A DNA stretch of 64,000 nucleotides from Pseudomonadota bacterium (GTDB taxonomy: Bacteria > UBA10199 > 2-02-FULL-44-16 > JAAZCA01), in the NCBI GenBank assembly GCA_043798915.1, contig JAZDOG010000100.1, forward strand, positions 1 to 64,000. The letters run 5' to 3'. The notes below the pieces were generated by a model that had not been told where the DNA came from, made no database searches, and saw only the letters and a list, made by a program, of their open reading frames with translations. The translations under genes were made by a program, and so were the position numbers. Of the stretch, positions 27,686 through 38,918 are shown one piece after another. Numbering within the stretch: the stretch's first letter is position 1; every line of letters starts with the position of its first letter.

Positions 27686-29395
27686 ATGATGACAATGACC
27701 CTGAGGCAAAAAATCCTTCTGGCGCTGACGATAATAGTGGGCGCGGCGCTTGGCTTTAGCCTGTTTAAAAATATCCAGTACCCGCTCGTCTGGAACGACG
27801 AGGCCGAGACCGTCATGTACGGCGAGAGGGTCCTGCAGTATGGATATCCTAAAATCTCTGACGGGAAGAATATAATATATAACCTGGAGCTGCCGGACAA
27901 GACCATCGGCATAAACAGGACGCTCGGCGCGTACACGGGTACGGTCTGGGGGCACTTTTACGCCGCGGCCGCGGGCGTGCTTCTCGCCAGGTTTACAGAC
28001 GATATTTACACGAAGACCGCCATGCTCAGGATCCCGTTTGCCGCGGCAGGGATGTTCGGGGTCATGCTGATGGCATTGGGCGGCGCGCTGTTTTTCAAAA
28101 AACGGCTGACCATGGCGCTGCTGTTTGCTTTTTTCTTCCTCTCGATGGAAGCGCTGTCCGTCTCCCTCGCGCTGCACCTGCGGGAAGTGAGATATTATTC
28201 GATAGTGGTGTTCCTCGTCAGTTTTTTATTTTTCCTGTACGCCGGATACAAATTCCAGAAAAGGATAGCCTTCAAGCCGTATGCCCTTTGCACGATCATC
28301 GCTTCCCTTCTTCTGTTCAACACATTTCCACCTGCCTATTTCGCCTTCATCGCCTCCGTCGGGCTGTATGAGCTGTCCGGAATGCTCATCGCGAAGAGGC
28401 TGCGAGGCAACATCTCAGGCATCGTCGTGCCGTGCGTTTCTTTTATGCTGGTCGTCCCGGAGATGATATTTTTTGATACGCTGCATATATCAAGCGAGTT
28501 CAGGAGATTTTTTGATATCCAGCCTGAGCTTGCCCGGCAACATGCCGCAACGATCTTCGATTATTTTATGACCCAGGAGTTTCTGGCCGCCTTGCTGGCA
28601 GCAAAGGTGATGGCGCTGGCCATGGGTGCTTATGCTTTGTCATCGCTCAGGAATAAAAAAGAGGCCAAGGCCATTGTTTTTTTAGCCGGGCGATTTTACT
28701 TTTCGCTGTTCGTGAGCCTGTTCTGCATCATTTATGTATTCCTGATTGCGCGCATGCCGCTGCCGGTTGTATTCGAGAGATATTTCATAGTGCTGCAGCC
28801 GGCGGCGATGCTGGCGCTGGCGCTGGATCTGTCGATTATCTGCGACACCATTTCCTGCCTTAAAAATAATATTTTAAGAAGGGCTGGCGCTCTTATTATA
28901 TCAGTTTTTTTGGTCTGCGTATTTTTGAAGGGCCTGCAGACCAAGATGCCATACATCAAAGGCCATCTGTACGAGATGGATCATCAGTACAAGGGTCCGC
29001 TCGATTTCGCTATCCCTTATATCATCGAGAATTACAAGCATCCCGAGGAGCTGGTGATCGCGACCAATTATGAAGAGAGTTCTTATATGTATTATTTGAA
29101 AAGCAGGGTCATAATGGGCTATGTCGGCAACAACGTGGAGAAGGATGCCGCCATGACTCCTGACGTAATAATTCTTCGCAAGAGATTCGCATACACAAAC
29201 CCTCTATTCGACAGGCTGCTGACCAGGGTGTATTACGACAAAATATCCTTTCCGGTGTACGACTATCCGGTCAACAACATCCCTGAGCTCAGCAATATCC
29301 TTCCTCATCTTTTTGAGACGGTTGCGAGCGACGACCCCGAGACGCGCCTGGATATCTATGTGCAAACCACCAACCCTTCCTCTGCAAAACCATAA
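27686..29395 (+). CDS. Polytopic membrane protein, probable GT-C-fold glycosyltransferase
   Basis: WNDE after TM1, many TMs, RYY/ERYF motifs; AT-richer. Confidence 0.65.
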   Translation: MMTMTLRQKILLALTIIVGAALGFSLFKNIQYPLVWNDEAETVMYGERVLQYGYPKISDGKNIIYNLELPDKTIGINRTLGAYTGTVWGHFYAAAAGVLLARFTDDIYTKTAMLRIPFAAAGMFGVMLMALGGALFFKKRLTMALLFAFFFLSMEALSVSLALHLREVRYYSIVVFLVSFLFFLYAGYKFQKRIAFKPYALCTIIASLLLFNTFPPAYFAFIASVGLYELSGMLIAKRLRGNISGIVVPCVSFMLVVPEMIFFDTLHISSEFRRFFDIQPELARQHAATIFDYFMTQEFLAALLAAKVMALAMGAYALSSLRNKKEAKAIVFLAGRFYFSLFVSLFCIIYVFLIARMPLPVVFERYFIVLQPAAMLALALDLSIICDTISCLKNNILRRAGALIISVFLVCVFLKGLQTKMPYIKGHLYEMDHQYKGPLDFAIPYIIENYKHPEELVIATNYEESSYMYYLKSRVIMGYVGNNVEKDAAMTPDVIILRKRFAYTNPLFDRLLTRVYYDKISFPVYDYPVNNIPELSNILPHLFETVASDDPETRLDIYVQTTNPSSAKP

Positions 29396-29461
29396 GCAAC
29401 ACCGGCGATGGGAATCGCCGGCTCGCGCACACACTCGCCGGCATTTTATCGTTTCAAAGAG

Positions 29462-29489
29462 AAAAGGGGCCGAAAAACTGGCCCCTTTC
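29462..29489. terminator. Probable intrinsic (possibly bidirectional) terminator downstream of the tRNA
   Basis: aaaaggggcc-gaaaaact-ggcccctttc hairpin. Confidence 0.75.
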
Positions 29490-29494
29490 GTTTG

Positions 29495-29565
29495 AGCGGG
29501 CGATGGGAATCGAACCCACGTGTCGAGCTTGGGAAGCTCGCATTCTACCATTGAACTACGCCCGC
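29495..29565 (-). tRNA. tRNA-Gly (CCC); CCA not encoded
   Basis: gcgggcgtagttcaatggtagaatgcgagcttCCCaagctcgacacgtgggttcgattcccatcgcccgct folds as a cloverleaf. Confidence 0.97.
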
Positions 29566-29687
29566 ATTAGAACCGCTCAGCAACGATGTCGCCCTATAGC
29601 ATCGCCTGCGGCGGCGCGCAAGAGGCTTTGAAAACCCCTTTTCAAAAATAAAATCGGCTGCTACTGAAACAAAAAACGGGAGGAGTC

Positions 29688-30047
29688 ATGCAATACATAC
29701 TTTTGGGACTCGTTGGCGCTACAGCGGGCTTATTTTCCGGCTTTTTCGGCCTTGGCGGCGCCGTCGTCATCATCCCCGCCCTTGTCTACGTCTTCGGCTT
29801 CGAACAGCAGACGGCGCAGGGGACGTCTCTAGCGATGCTCCTGCCGCCCATCGGCCTCCTTGCGGCATGGCGCTACTGGCAGGCCGGGAATGTGAAGATC
29901 GGCGCATCGCTGGCGCTGGCCGTAGGTTTTTTCTTCGCGGCTGCGCTCGGCGCGCATTTCGCCGTGCAGCTCCCGCACCAGCTCATGAAGCGCCTGTTCG
30001 GAGTGGCGCTCCTTATCATCGGTGGAATTATGATAAGCGGCAAATGA
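29688..30047 (+). CDS. TauE/SafE-family (sulfite exporter) half-size membrane protein
   Basis: AGLFSGFFGLGG..IIPAL, AQGTSLA. Confidence 0.85.
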   Translation: MQYILLGLVGATAGLFSGFFGLGGAVVIIPALVYVFGFEQQTAQGTSLAMLLPPIGLLAAWRYWQAGNVKIGASLALAVGFFFAAALGAHFAVQLPHQLMKRLFGVALLIIGGIMISGK

Positions 30048-30054
30048 CAACCTC

Positions 30055-31818
30055 TCACTTGGCAAACAGCTTCTCTTCGATCCCTAAATCCATGTAATAC
30101 TTTTTCCAGGCATCGACCGAGAGGGGTTTGCCGGTCGAGCGCTCGAGGAAATCGTCCCAGCGATAGAGCTCGCCCTGTGCGAGAAAATCGGCCATGAGCC
30201 AGTCGCCCAGCTCTCTCTTGCCGAAGTAGCTCGCGCCGCGCACGTCTTCGCCGATCTTCTTCGCAAGGAGGTCGGCGAACTGCACGTTGGCGATGCGGCC
30301 TATCGCATAGTTGGAATAATAGAGCGGCTCTGCGTTGGTGATATGGTATTTCGCCATCGCATCCGGGCTCTTCCAGCCCTCCGGCCGGTGCTCGAACTGA
30401 TACTTCGCCTTGCACTCCCACCAGAGGTCGCCGATGTCGCGGTCCGGGTCGTCATAGAAGCCCCGCTCGAAGCAGTAGATCGTCGCCGACCAGCGCAGGA
30501 ACACCAGCTGATCGACATAGTCGATCTGCGCGACGGCGTCCGCAACCTCCTTCGCCTTCGCATCCGCCACGCCCAGGTGCTTGAACCACTCCGCGGTCTG
30601 CGTCTGTCTCTCGAAGAGCATCGCAACCGCCTCCGTGAGCATCGTTGGATCGCGCAACAGATAAGGCACCGCCTTGTTGTTGAGGATCGCCTCGTAGTTG
30701 ATGTCGTGGGCGAGCTCGTGGACGAGCGTCGAGGCCTCGGACGCCTTCGGCGGCTTCGGCGGATCGGGCAGGTTCATTATAAGGATGGAGCTTCCGGGCT
30801 TATCCGGGTTCAGGAGCCAGGCCACCGCGTGCGGGTTTTTGCCGGGCTTCGGGAAGAGGCTCGAATTCGCCACGATCCCGTGTATGTCCAGCCCCAAGCT
30901 CCCGTAGAAATCGATGGTCTGCCCGATGATCTTCTTCGCGTCCGTCTTGCTATACAGCTCATCCAGATCGACCTTCCCGAATATCGCGGTCGGCGCCTCC
31001 TGAAAGAAGGCGTTCTGGTAGTGCCAGGGCCTGAGATCCGCAACGGATATCCCGTAGCGCCTCGCGAGCCTCGGATCGATGAACTCCTCCTTCAGGCGGC
31101 GGAAGGGCTTCTCCGTGATCTTCGTGATGTCGCCGTAGAAGCGGTCGAGCATCTTGAGATCCAGCTCATCGGTCGCAGCCGAGAGCTCCAGCGCGTTCTT
31201 GAAGCCCAATTCCCTCGCGATCTCGTTGCGGAGTTTGACGATCGCGCGATAATCCTTCTCGAGGACCGGGCCGATCGAATACTCCGCCTTCCAGACCTTT
31301 TCGAGCTTCGCGCTGTCGGTCGACTCGGCGAGGATATGGGCCGTCTCGACGGGGGTCAGCTTCTTGCCATCCACCACCGCGCGGTAGTCGTTGAACCCCT
31401 CCTGGAGCCGCTTCTCAAGCTCGGTCAGCTCCCTGAGCTTTTCCTTCGACACCTGGTTCGGCAGATGGCCGAGGTAGAGGACCTCTACCTCCCTGCGGAG
31501 CACCGGCGAATCTATGTCCTTGCGGTCCTTATACAGGGCCTTGAGCTTTTCGAAGCGCCCCTTGTCGCTCGCCAACTCCCTGATTGCGAGCTCCAGTTCC
31601 GCCTCGCGCTCGGAGGCCTTCTTGTCGCCGGTTGTGTTGTATTTGTACCACGCCTTGCGAACCTCGATATCCAGCGGCTTATACCTGGAGAGATATTCCT
31701 CGACGACGGCATTCGCCTCCGCTGTGAGCATCTTTCCGTCCTTTCCCTTTGCGTGGGAACTGGCCGAAACCCCCGCCGTGATGACCAACGCAAACGCCAG
31801 CAAAAGATAGAAGCGCAT
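30055..31818 (-). CDS. Secreted gluzincin metallopeptidase (M2/M3-like)
   Basis: Signal peptide; RNEIARELGF, LRPWHY, HELAH plus downstream E (LTEAVA), KYHI, YYSNY. Confidence 0.85.
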   Translation of the reverse strand: MRFYLLLAFALVITAGVSASSHAKGKDGKMLTAEANAVVEEYLSRYKPLDIEVRKAWYKYNTTGDKKASEREAELELAIRELASDKGRFEKLKALYKDRKDIDSPVLRREVEVLYLGHLPNQVSKEKLRELTELEKRLQEGFNDYRAVVDGKKLTPVETAHILAESTDSAKLEKVWKAEYSIGPVLEKDYRAIVKLRNEIARELGFKNALELSAATDELDLKMLDRFYGDITKITEKPFRRLKEEFIDPRLARRYGISVADLRPWHYQNAFFQEAPTAIFGKVDLDELYSKTDAKKIIGQTIDFYGSLGLDIHGIVANSSLFPKPGKNPHAVAWLLNPDKPGSSILIMNLPDPPKPPKASEASTLVHELAHDINYEAILNNKAVPYLLRDPTMLTEAVAMLFERQTQTAEWFKHLGVADAKAKEVADAVAQIDYVDQLVFLRWSATIYCFERGFYDDPDRDIGDLWWECKAKYQFEHRPEGWKSPDAMAKYHITNAEPLYYSNYAIGRIANVQFADLLAKKIGEDVRGASYFGKRELGDWLMADFLAQGELYRWDDFLERSTGKPLSVDAWKKYYMDLGIEEKLFAK

Positions 31819-31884
31819 GATGACCTCCCCTTGGGGGTTCTTGGATATCGCAAAGGTGGCCTGGGTGCAAATGCTAAGACATGC

Positions 31885-31917
31885 AAAAAAGGGCCGGGTG
31901 AAATCACCTGGCCCTTT
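31885..31917 (-). terminator. Intrinsic terminator
   Basis: Minus strand: aaagggccaggtg-attt-cacccggcccttttt. Confidence 0.8.
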
Positions 31918-31943
31918 GATAACGTCAGTCTATGGCTGCCTGT

Positions 31944-32303
31944 TTATGACTCGTCGCCCCCGAACATCTTCCTGTAATATTGATCCACCTCGGCGGCGTC
32001 GACGATGCGCTCGGTGATATCCTCTACCATGTCCGGGTCGGCGACCTCTGCCTCGTCGCTCACGACCTCCCAGACCTTCTTGCGCACCTTGCCCTTGAAT
32101 CGCTCGCGTATGACGTGGGGCCAGCCGAGCCTCACCAAGGTATCGAGCGTATCTCGATCCCTTGCGGCGCGCTCGGACAAAACCTCATGGGGGAGGTCTA
32201 TCAGCTTGGAATCCCGCCGGGCCTTCCTGTCCTCCGCCTCTCCCTGCTCGGCGGCTTTTGTCTCTACGGCCCTGCTCACGGATTGTATCCATTTGAGGAT
32301 CAT
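31944..32303 (-). CDS. Hypothetical protein
   Basis: 119-aa ORF with host-like codon usage, GGAG upstream, followed by a terminator. Confidence 0.65.
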   Translation of the reverse strand: MILKWIQSVSRAVETKAAEQGEAEDRKARRDSKLIDLPHEVLSERAARDRDTLDTLVRLGWPHVIRERFKGKVRKKVWEVVSDEAEVADPDMVEDITERIVDAAEVDQYYRKMFGGDES

Positions 32304-32425
32304 CTTGAGCCCACTCCCTTTTTCAAACCCCGCCTTGCGCCCCCACCCGCCAGCATCCTCTCATACCTTGTATCGCATCTTCGCCGAAAAAGTTGCGTCT
32401 TTTTTTGAGTTTTTTCAGGTTTTTT

Positions 32426-33310
32426 TCAGAGCCCGCTGGATTTCAGCTTTTCTATCATTTTAACCAATTCCCGCGCCTGGGGCGAGGGTCTCCGGCCCCT
32501 GTGGCTCACTATGCCTATCTCCCTTTTGCCCTCCAGCTCCTCTATACGGACGACTGCCTGGCCCCTGAGCTTCATCTCCCTGGCGGACAGCTCCGAGACG
32601 AGTCCCACCCCCATGCCCTGGCGCACCAGGGACAGGATCGCCGCCGGGTAGTGCATCTCCATGCTGACCGCGGGCACCACGCCGTTCGCGCGGAAGATGT
32701 CGTCGATCAGCATCCTCGAATATGAAGAGGCAGGATATAAGATCAGCGGTTCTCCCCGGAGATCCCGGACTGAAATCTGCCTGCGATTCAGATGCGACCG
32801 GCGCGGCACGACGGCAACGATCGAGTCCTCGTAGATATCCTTCTTCACAAGGGAGTCGGGTATCCGGTTTGTCACAACTATAGCGAAGTCTATGGCATGC
32901 CGCTCGACCAGCTCGATCAGCTCCCCGCTCGTCTTGACCACCGCCTCGACCTTCACCTGGGGATAGGCCTCTTTGAACCGGGTGAGGACGCCGGGCAGGA
33001 GCCAGATCGCCGCTACATCGATCATCCCGAAGCGGACAGTCCCTGCGCCCACGCCAGCCACATGCCGGATGCCGTTCTCGACGTCGTCCATCTGAGCGAG
33101 CAGCCGACCTCCCTCGCGGAAGAGGAAGTCGCCAGCCGCCGTAGGGCGCGACCTGTCGTCGGCGTCGAAGAGCGCTACCCCCAAGTCGCGCTCGAGGGCG
33201 CGGACCTGCTGGCTCACCGCGGACTGCGTGAGCCCCGCCTTTTTCGCCGCGAGCGAATAGCTCCCCTGGCGACAGACCTCACAGAACAATTTGAGCCGCC
33301 TGATGTCCAT
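32426..33310 (-). CDS. LysR-family transcriptional regulator
   Basis: MDIRRLKLF...SYSLAA...TQSAVSQQVRALERDLGVALF. Confidence 0.95.
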   Translation of the reverse strand: MDIRRLKLFCEVCRQGSYSLAAKKAGLTQSAVSQQVRALERDLGVALFDADDRSRPTAAGDFLFREGGRLLAQMDDVENGIRHVAGVGAGTVRFGMIDVAAIWLLPGVLTRFKEAYPQVKVEAVVKTSGELIELVERHAIDFAIVVTNRIPDSLVKKDIYEDSIVAVVPRRSHLNRRQISVRDLRGEPLILYPASSYSRMLIDDIFRANGVVPAVSMEMHYPAAILSLVRQGMGVGLVSELSAREMKLRGQAVVRIEELEGKREIGIVSHRGRRPSPQARELVKMIEKLKSSGL

Positions 33311-33429
33311 AGCGTGGGTTAAGTAGTATTATTAATAGTATTCAGTAATACAATTAATTTGACTAATATCACAACCTCCTGTTAAGGCAAGCGGAACTTC
33401 AGACGCTTTCAACAAACAGGGAGGAAAAA
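33311..33429. promoter_or_regulatory. AT-rich divergent promoter region between LysR and ino1
   Basis: Strongly AT-rich with small dyads (gtatt-cagt-aatac); classic divergent LysR layout. Confidence 0.55.
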
Positions 33430-34755
<1,326 letters not shown>

Positions 34756-34764
34756 AAACCGGGA

Positions 34765-36378
34765 TCACATCCTCTTCGGTATCCTGACCTTCTTAAGCCT
34801 CCTGCGCAGGGCCATATAGGCCTCAAGGGGCTCTCCCTCCTCGGCCCACGGGTTCGTGAAGAGATCGCGGATCTCCGCCTTCTTCACCACGCGTCCGACG
34901 AGCCCGTAGTAGAGCCTGTCACCGAGCATATAACCCAGCGCATGCGTGAGCGAGAGGAAGATATCCATGCGGCTGCGGAAGATGTCCGTCCTCGAGAGAT
35001 ATGCGCCCTTCCGCTCGAGCCTCAAGTATTCCAGCAGCAGGTCTGCGGTCTCATGCTCCAGGCGGCGATCCGCCGGCACCCGCACCGTCTCGAAATAGGC
35101 CATCAGATTTTCGAAGTCCTTCTCGTGGCAGCATTTGCGCTTGTGGTTTATGAGCTTCGACCCGAAAAATCCCAGGGCCTCGTGCAGGACGTTTGCATAA
35201 AATGCGTCCACGACCGCCCTCGGCTCCTCCGGTCCGGAACAAACGCTCTTTATGAAATGGGTGGCCTCCTCGGCGGCGTGGTTGATGGAGAGGTTGGCCA
35301 GATAGACAAACTTGGCCTTCGCTATGTAGTAGCTCTCGCTGGCCATTATCTGGCGTTTGATCGCCATGATCTCCCGCTTCGTGAAATCGCCCCGCTCTCC
35401 GAGGCGCTTCAAGAAGCTCAAGTCTCCGCTCGTGAAAACCTCCACATCATCCTGCATGGCCCCAAGCCGGATGCTCAAGAAATCGCAGATCCTGTCGACG
35501 AGTTCCAGGAAGGAGGCCTTCGCGTCTGCATAGTCGATCTCCCCCTCCTCGTGCTCGAGCCAGTTCAAGTAAGATCTCTGGCAGACGACCGGAGGAGTGT
35601 GCATGCGGCAAAAATCGCCGCCCTTGAGGAGCACCGCCTCGACGCGGTCATCTATCCCCTCCCCCGCGAGCTTCCAGTAGATCGGCTCGCTGTTCTGATA
35701 GAGGATGAGGCTCCGCTTCTCGATCCCAAGGCGCCCGAGCGCCCCATCGACATCGGCCGGCAGATGCTCGGGGGCTATATGAAGGTCGCCGATGAAGACG
35801 AAGAACCTCCTGTCCGGGGCCTGTCTCACAATAGAGCCGATGAGTTTGGCCGTCGCGGCGTCGCGGGCGCGGACGTTTGAATCCTCCGGGGCGGCGTCTA
35901 TCGCGAAGATGGGGATCCGGTGGTAACAGCAGAAATCGAAAAGCGGCTTGAAGTTGCCCCACAGGTCGAATACCCAGTGCTCCTTAAGCCTTATCTTCCG
36001 AAGGAAGGAGCCCTCCGATATCCGGCCCGCGAGGTAATCGTCGAGGATCGGCTGGTGGCGCCTGTGGATCAGCTCCAGCCCCACGGCAAAATTGCGGTCG
36101 CGCTTGATCACTTCCTTGAGGACCCTGAGGAACGACCGCTGGGACTGATTGCAGGTGTGGTAGTCGCCGACGTAGATGATGCCGGACTTGAGGACCGCGC
36201 GGATCATCTCGTCCTGGTCGGCCACGCGCTTGTAGCCCGACACGGCGCGGCGGTAGGTCCTCTCGTAGCGGCCGAAACCCGGTTCCTTGACGAGTATCGA
36301 GCGCTCGATGACCTCCCTGTTCCAGCGCCACAGCCTCTTCTGGATGGCGAGCAGTTCAGCGCGGGGTGAGTTTGACAC
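34765..36378 (-). CDS. ChaN/Tiki-superfamily domain protein
   Basis: IYVGDYH, VGLELI, FIGDLHIA motifs. Confidence 0.65.
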   Translation of the reverse strand: MSNSPRAELLAIQKRLWRWNREVIERSILVKEPGFGRYERTYRRAVSGYKRVADQDEMIRAVLKSGIIYVGDYHTCNQSQRSFLRVLKEVIKRDRNFAVGLELIHRRHQPILDDYLAGRISEGSFLRKIRLKEHWVFDLWGNFKPLFDFCCYHRIPIFAIDAAPEDSNVRARDAATAKLIGSIVRQAPDRRFFVFIGDLHIAPEHLPADVDGALGRLGIEKRSLILYQNSEPIYWKLAGEGIDDRVEAVLLKGGDFCRMHTPPVVCQRSYLNWLEHEEGEIDYADAKASFLELVDRICDFLSIRLGAMQDDVEVFTSGDLSFLKRLGERGDFTKREIMAIKRQIMASESYYIAKAKFVYLANLSINHAAEEATHFIKSVCSGPEEPRAVVDAFYANVLHEALGFFGSKLINHKRKCCHEKDFENLMAYFETVRVPADRRLEHETADLLLEYLRLERKGAYLSRTDIFRSRMDIFLSLTHALGYMLGDRLYYGLVGRVVKKAEIRDLFTNPWAEEGEPLEAYMALRRRLKKVRIPKRM

Positions 36379-36452
36379 GTTCGCCTTTTACCACATCCTT
36401 CAGCGAGCGGCAAAACCAAAATGGCAGTCGAAACAGTCCGGTGAAACGAGTT

Positions 36453-38918
36453 CTAGACGCGGCCCTTTTTGTGCCTTCCCATGATGATCAGCGCCGGGAC
36501 CAGGAACATGGCAGCGAAGATGGAGGTGAATTCGCCGATGATGGCGACCACGCCGAACTGGGCCACGGCCTGGTTCGTCGAGCGGGTGAGAACGAAGTAA
36601 CCGATCGTCGTCGTGAGCGAACAGAGGACCACCGCGCCGCCGGTGTGGCGGATGACCTCCGAGACCTCGCGCTTGTCCTCCCGATAGAGGCGCATGGCGA
36701 TATTGAGCGAGTAATCCACACCTATGCCGAACGTCAACGGGAGGGCGATGAAGTTGAAGAAGTTGATGCGGATATCGAGAAGGGCCATCGCCGCGACCAT
36801 GATGAGCACCGCCCAGACGAGCGCCACGAGGACGACATAGCTCTCTTTCCTCTTCCTCACAAAATAGAGGACGAAGGCGGCGACCGCCACGAAGGATGCG
36901 AGAGTGAGGATCGGCGCCTCCTCCTTCACGATCTTCACGAGGTCTGCAAAGATCAGCGATTCACCCGTTGCATGCAGGACGCGTCCGTCCGGCAAGCCGA
37001 TATCCTGGACGGTCGATGTGAAGCGCATGAGGTTGCGCCCGTCCGTGAGCGGGCGCCCCGACCGCGGGTTGATATAGGCAAACGTGCCCACGTCCCCATC
37101 CAGATCCTTGAAGTTACGCACGAGATCGTCCGGAAGATCGGAGACATCCAACACCTTCTTCTCCAGGGAACGCTTGATGCGCCGCACCTGCGCGCCGAGG
37201 TCGCCCTCCACTTCGCCGATCCAGCGTTCCGAGAGGAGCCGGTCAAAACGAGTGAGCATCGGGATCTTCGCCTGCTGGTCGGGTGGCAGAAGGTCATAGA
37301 CATTGAAACAGCTGTCCACCATCCTCTCGTCCGGCGCGAGGAGGTCGTTCTGCTTCATCACCGAGTCGCACGCGGCGGGGCCGTCCTCCCGCTTGTCCAG
37401 GAGGACCACCGCCGGGGTCATCGACCCGACCCAGAGCTTGGCGACCCGACGCTCGAGGGCCTCGGTCCCCTCCACGGCGGAGATCCTGTTGCGCAATTTG
37501 GAAAAATCATACTCGATGGAATTGGGAACATAGCGCCAGACTACCAATGCCGCCAGAAGAGCCATAATCGCCGAAATGATGACGATTCCGGCGGGAAAAT
37601 GATTGAGCAGATTCTCCATCACCGCGACCAGCGCGCTCTTGCGCTTTGGGCTCGAAAGCTTCCGGAATATCTTGAGGACGCTCTCGGACATCACGACCAT
37701 GAGCGGCAAAAAGAGGATCGTGACGAGCCAGCAGGACATGATGCCGACAGACCCGATGAACCCGAACTGGGAAAGCCCGCGCACTCGGGCGATCATGAGA
37801 ATCACGAAGGAGGCGGCTGTCGTCCCTGCAGCCAGAAACGTCGGCAAAACCGTATTGGCAAGGGCATGCTCCATCGCGAGCCTCGGATCGAGCCCGGCCT
37901 TCCTCTCCTCCAGGTATCGCCCCACGAGTATTATGCCGTAGTTGATGCCGGTGCCTATGATGATCGATGCCAGAAAAGCCGTCTGGGCATTGAGGTAGCC
38001 GATCACGATCTTCGTGACCGCGAAGGTGAGCGTTATGCCCAAGAGAAGCGTCATCCCGAGAAAGGCCACGATGCGTATGCGCAGGAAATAGACCGCTATG
38101 GCGGCGGCGACAAGCAGGATGCACAGCCCCGCCGTCGACACCATATCGTACCTGAGCGTGTCGTATTCCTCGACGGTCGTCATCACATTGCCGCAATAGC
38201 CGATGCTCATTGTGGGATCGTAGGAAGCCGGTCCCAGCCCATCCACGATGCCCTTCACCTTCGCAATGAGGTCCCTCGCCTTGTCTATCGCGATCGCCGC
38301 GCCCTGGGGCCTGATCATGACGATGAGGAACCGACCCTCCTCGCCGCCGTAATAGCCCTGATAGGTGGCCAGCGGCATGCGGACGTTCTTCTCATTGCGC
38401 TCCCTGATGTCGTCGATCTTCAAAGTGACCGGCCGCTCCTCCTCGCCAAGATCAAAGAAGAGCGGCGACCTCTTGAATTTCTCGTAATCTACGAGCATCT
38501 TCACGCGGTCGTAGAGAATGCCGAGATCTTTGAGATCGATGTAGTGAAGGGCATTGTTCTCGTAGAATTGCCTTATCTGGCCGATGTTCGAGATGACATA
38601 CCGGACTTCACCCTCGGGGAGCGCCGACACCTTTGCCGTCAGGTCGTCGGCGAACCTCATGTTGGCTTGCGGGTCAGGACTCTCGATGGTCACGGTGAGA
38701 ACCGATATGCCCCCGACCCGATCTAGCATGCGGTCCAGCCAAACCACGGCGGGAGAATTCGGCGGAAGGAGCTCCTTGAGGCTCGAACGGAGTTCAAGCC
38801 CTCCGGCCACCAGCAGCGAAGCGGCGAAGAGGGCCACGGCAAAGAAACAGCAGAGCCAGCGATGGCGGTTAGCGAACCGCAGATACCTGCAGAAAAAAAT
38901 TTCCAGCCCGCTGCCCAT
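36453..38918 (-). CDS. MMPL/RND-family lipid exporter
   Basis: Duplicated RND halves, GTGINYGI and GIGVDYS motifs, 12 TM pattern. Confidence 0.88.
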   Translation of the reverse strand: MGSGLEIFFCRYLRFANRHRWLCCFFAVALFAASLLVAGGLELRSSLKELLPPNSPAVVWLDRMLDRVGGISVLTVTIESPDPQANMRFADDLTAKVSALPEGEVRYVISNIGQIRQFYENNALHYIDLKDLGILYDRVKMLVDYEKFKRSPLFFDLGEEERPVTLKIDDIRERNEKNVRMPLATYQGYYGGEEGRFLIVMIRPQGAAIAIDKARDLIAKVKGIVDGLGPASYDPTMSIGYCGNVMTTVEEYDTLRYDMVSTAGLCILLVAAAIAVYFLRIRIVAFLGMTLLLGITLTFAVTKIVIGYLNAQTAFLASIIIGTGINYGIILVGRYLEERKAGLDPRLAMEHALANTVLPTFLAAGTTAASFVILMIARVRGLSQFGFIGSVGIMSCWLVTILFLPLMVVMSESVLKIFRKLSSPKRKSALVAVMENLLNHFPAGIVIISAIMALLAALVVWRYVPNSIEYDFSKLRNRISAVEGTEALERRVAKLWVGSMTPAVVLLDKREDGPAACDSVMKQNDLLAPDERMVDSCFNVYDLLPPDQQAKIPMLTRFDRLLSERWIGEVEGDLGAQVRRIKRSLEKKVLDVSDLPDDLVRNFKDLDGDVGTFAYINPRSGRPLTDGRNLMRFTSTVQDIGLPDGRVLHATGESLIFADLVKIVKEEAPILTLASFVAVAAFVLYFVRKRKESYVVLVALVWAVLIMVAAMALLDIRINFFNFIALPLTFGIGVDYSLNIAMRLYREDKREVSEVIRHTGGAVVLCSLTTTIGYFVLTRSTNQAVAQFGVVAIIGEFTSIFAAMFLVPALIIMGRHKKGRV

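Noticed and set aside
36366..38726. 786-aa plus-strand ORF, and similar long ORFs such as 30343-31977, 7042-8421 and 54462-55907
   Set aside because: Antisense shadows of well-supported genes in high-GC DNA; no recognisable motifs.
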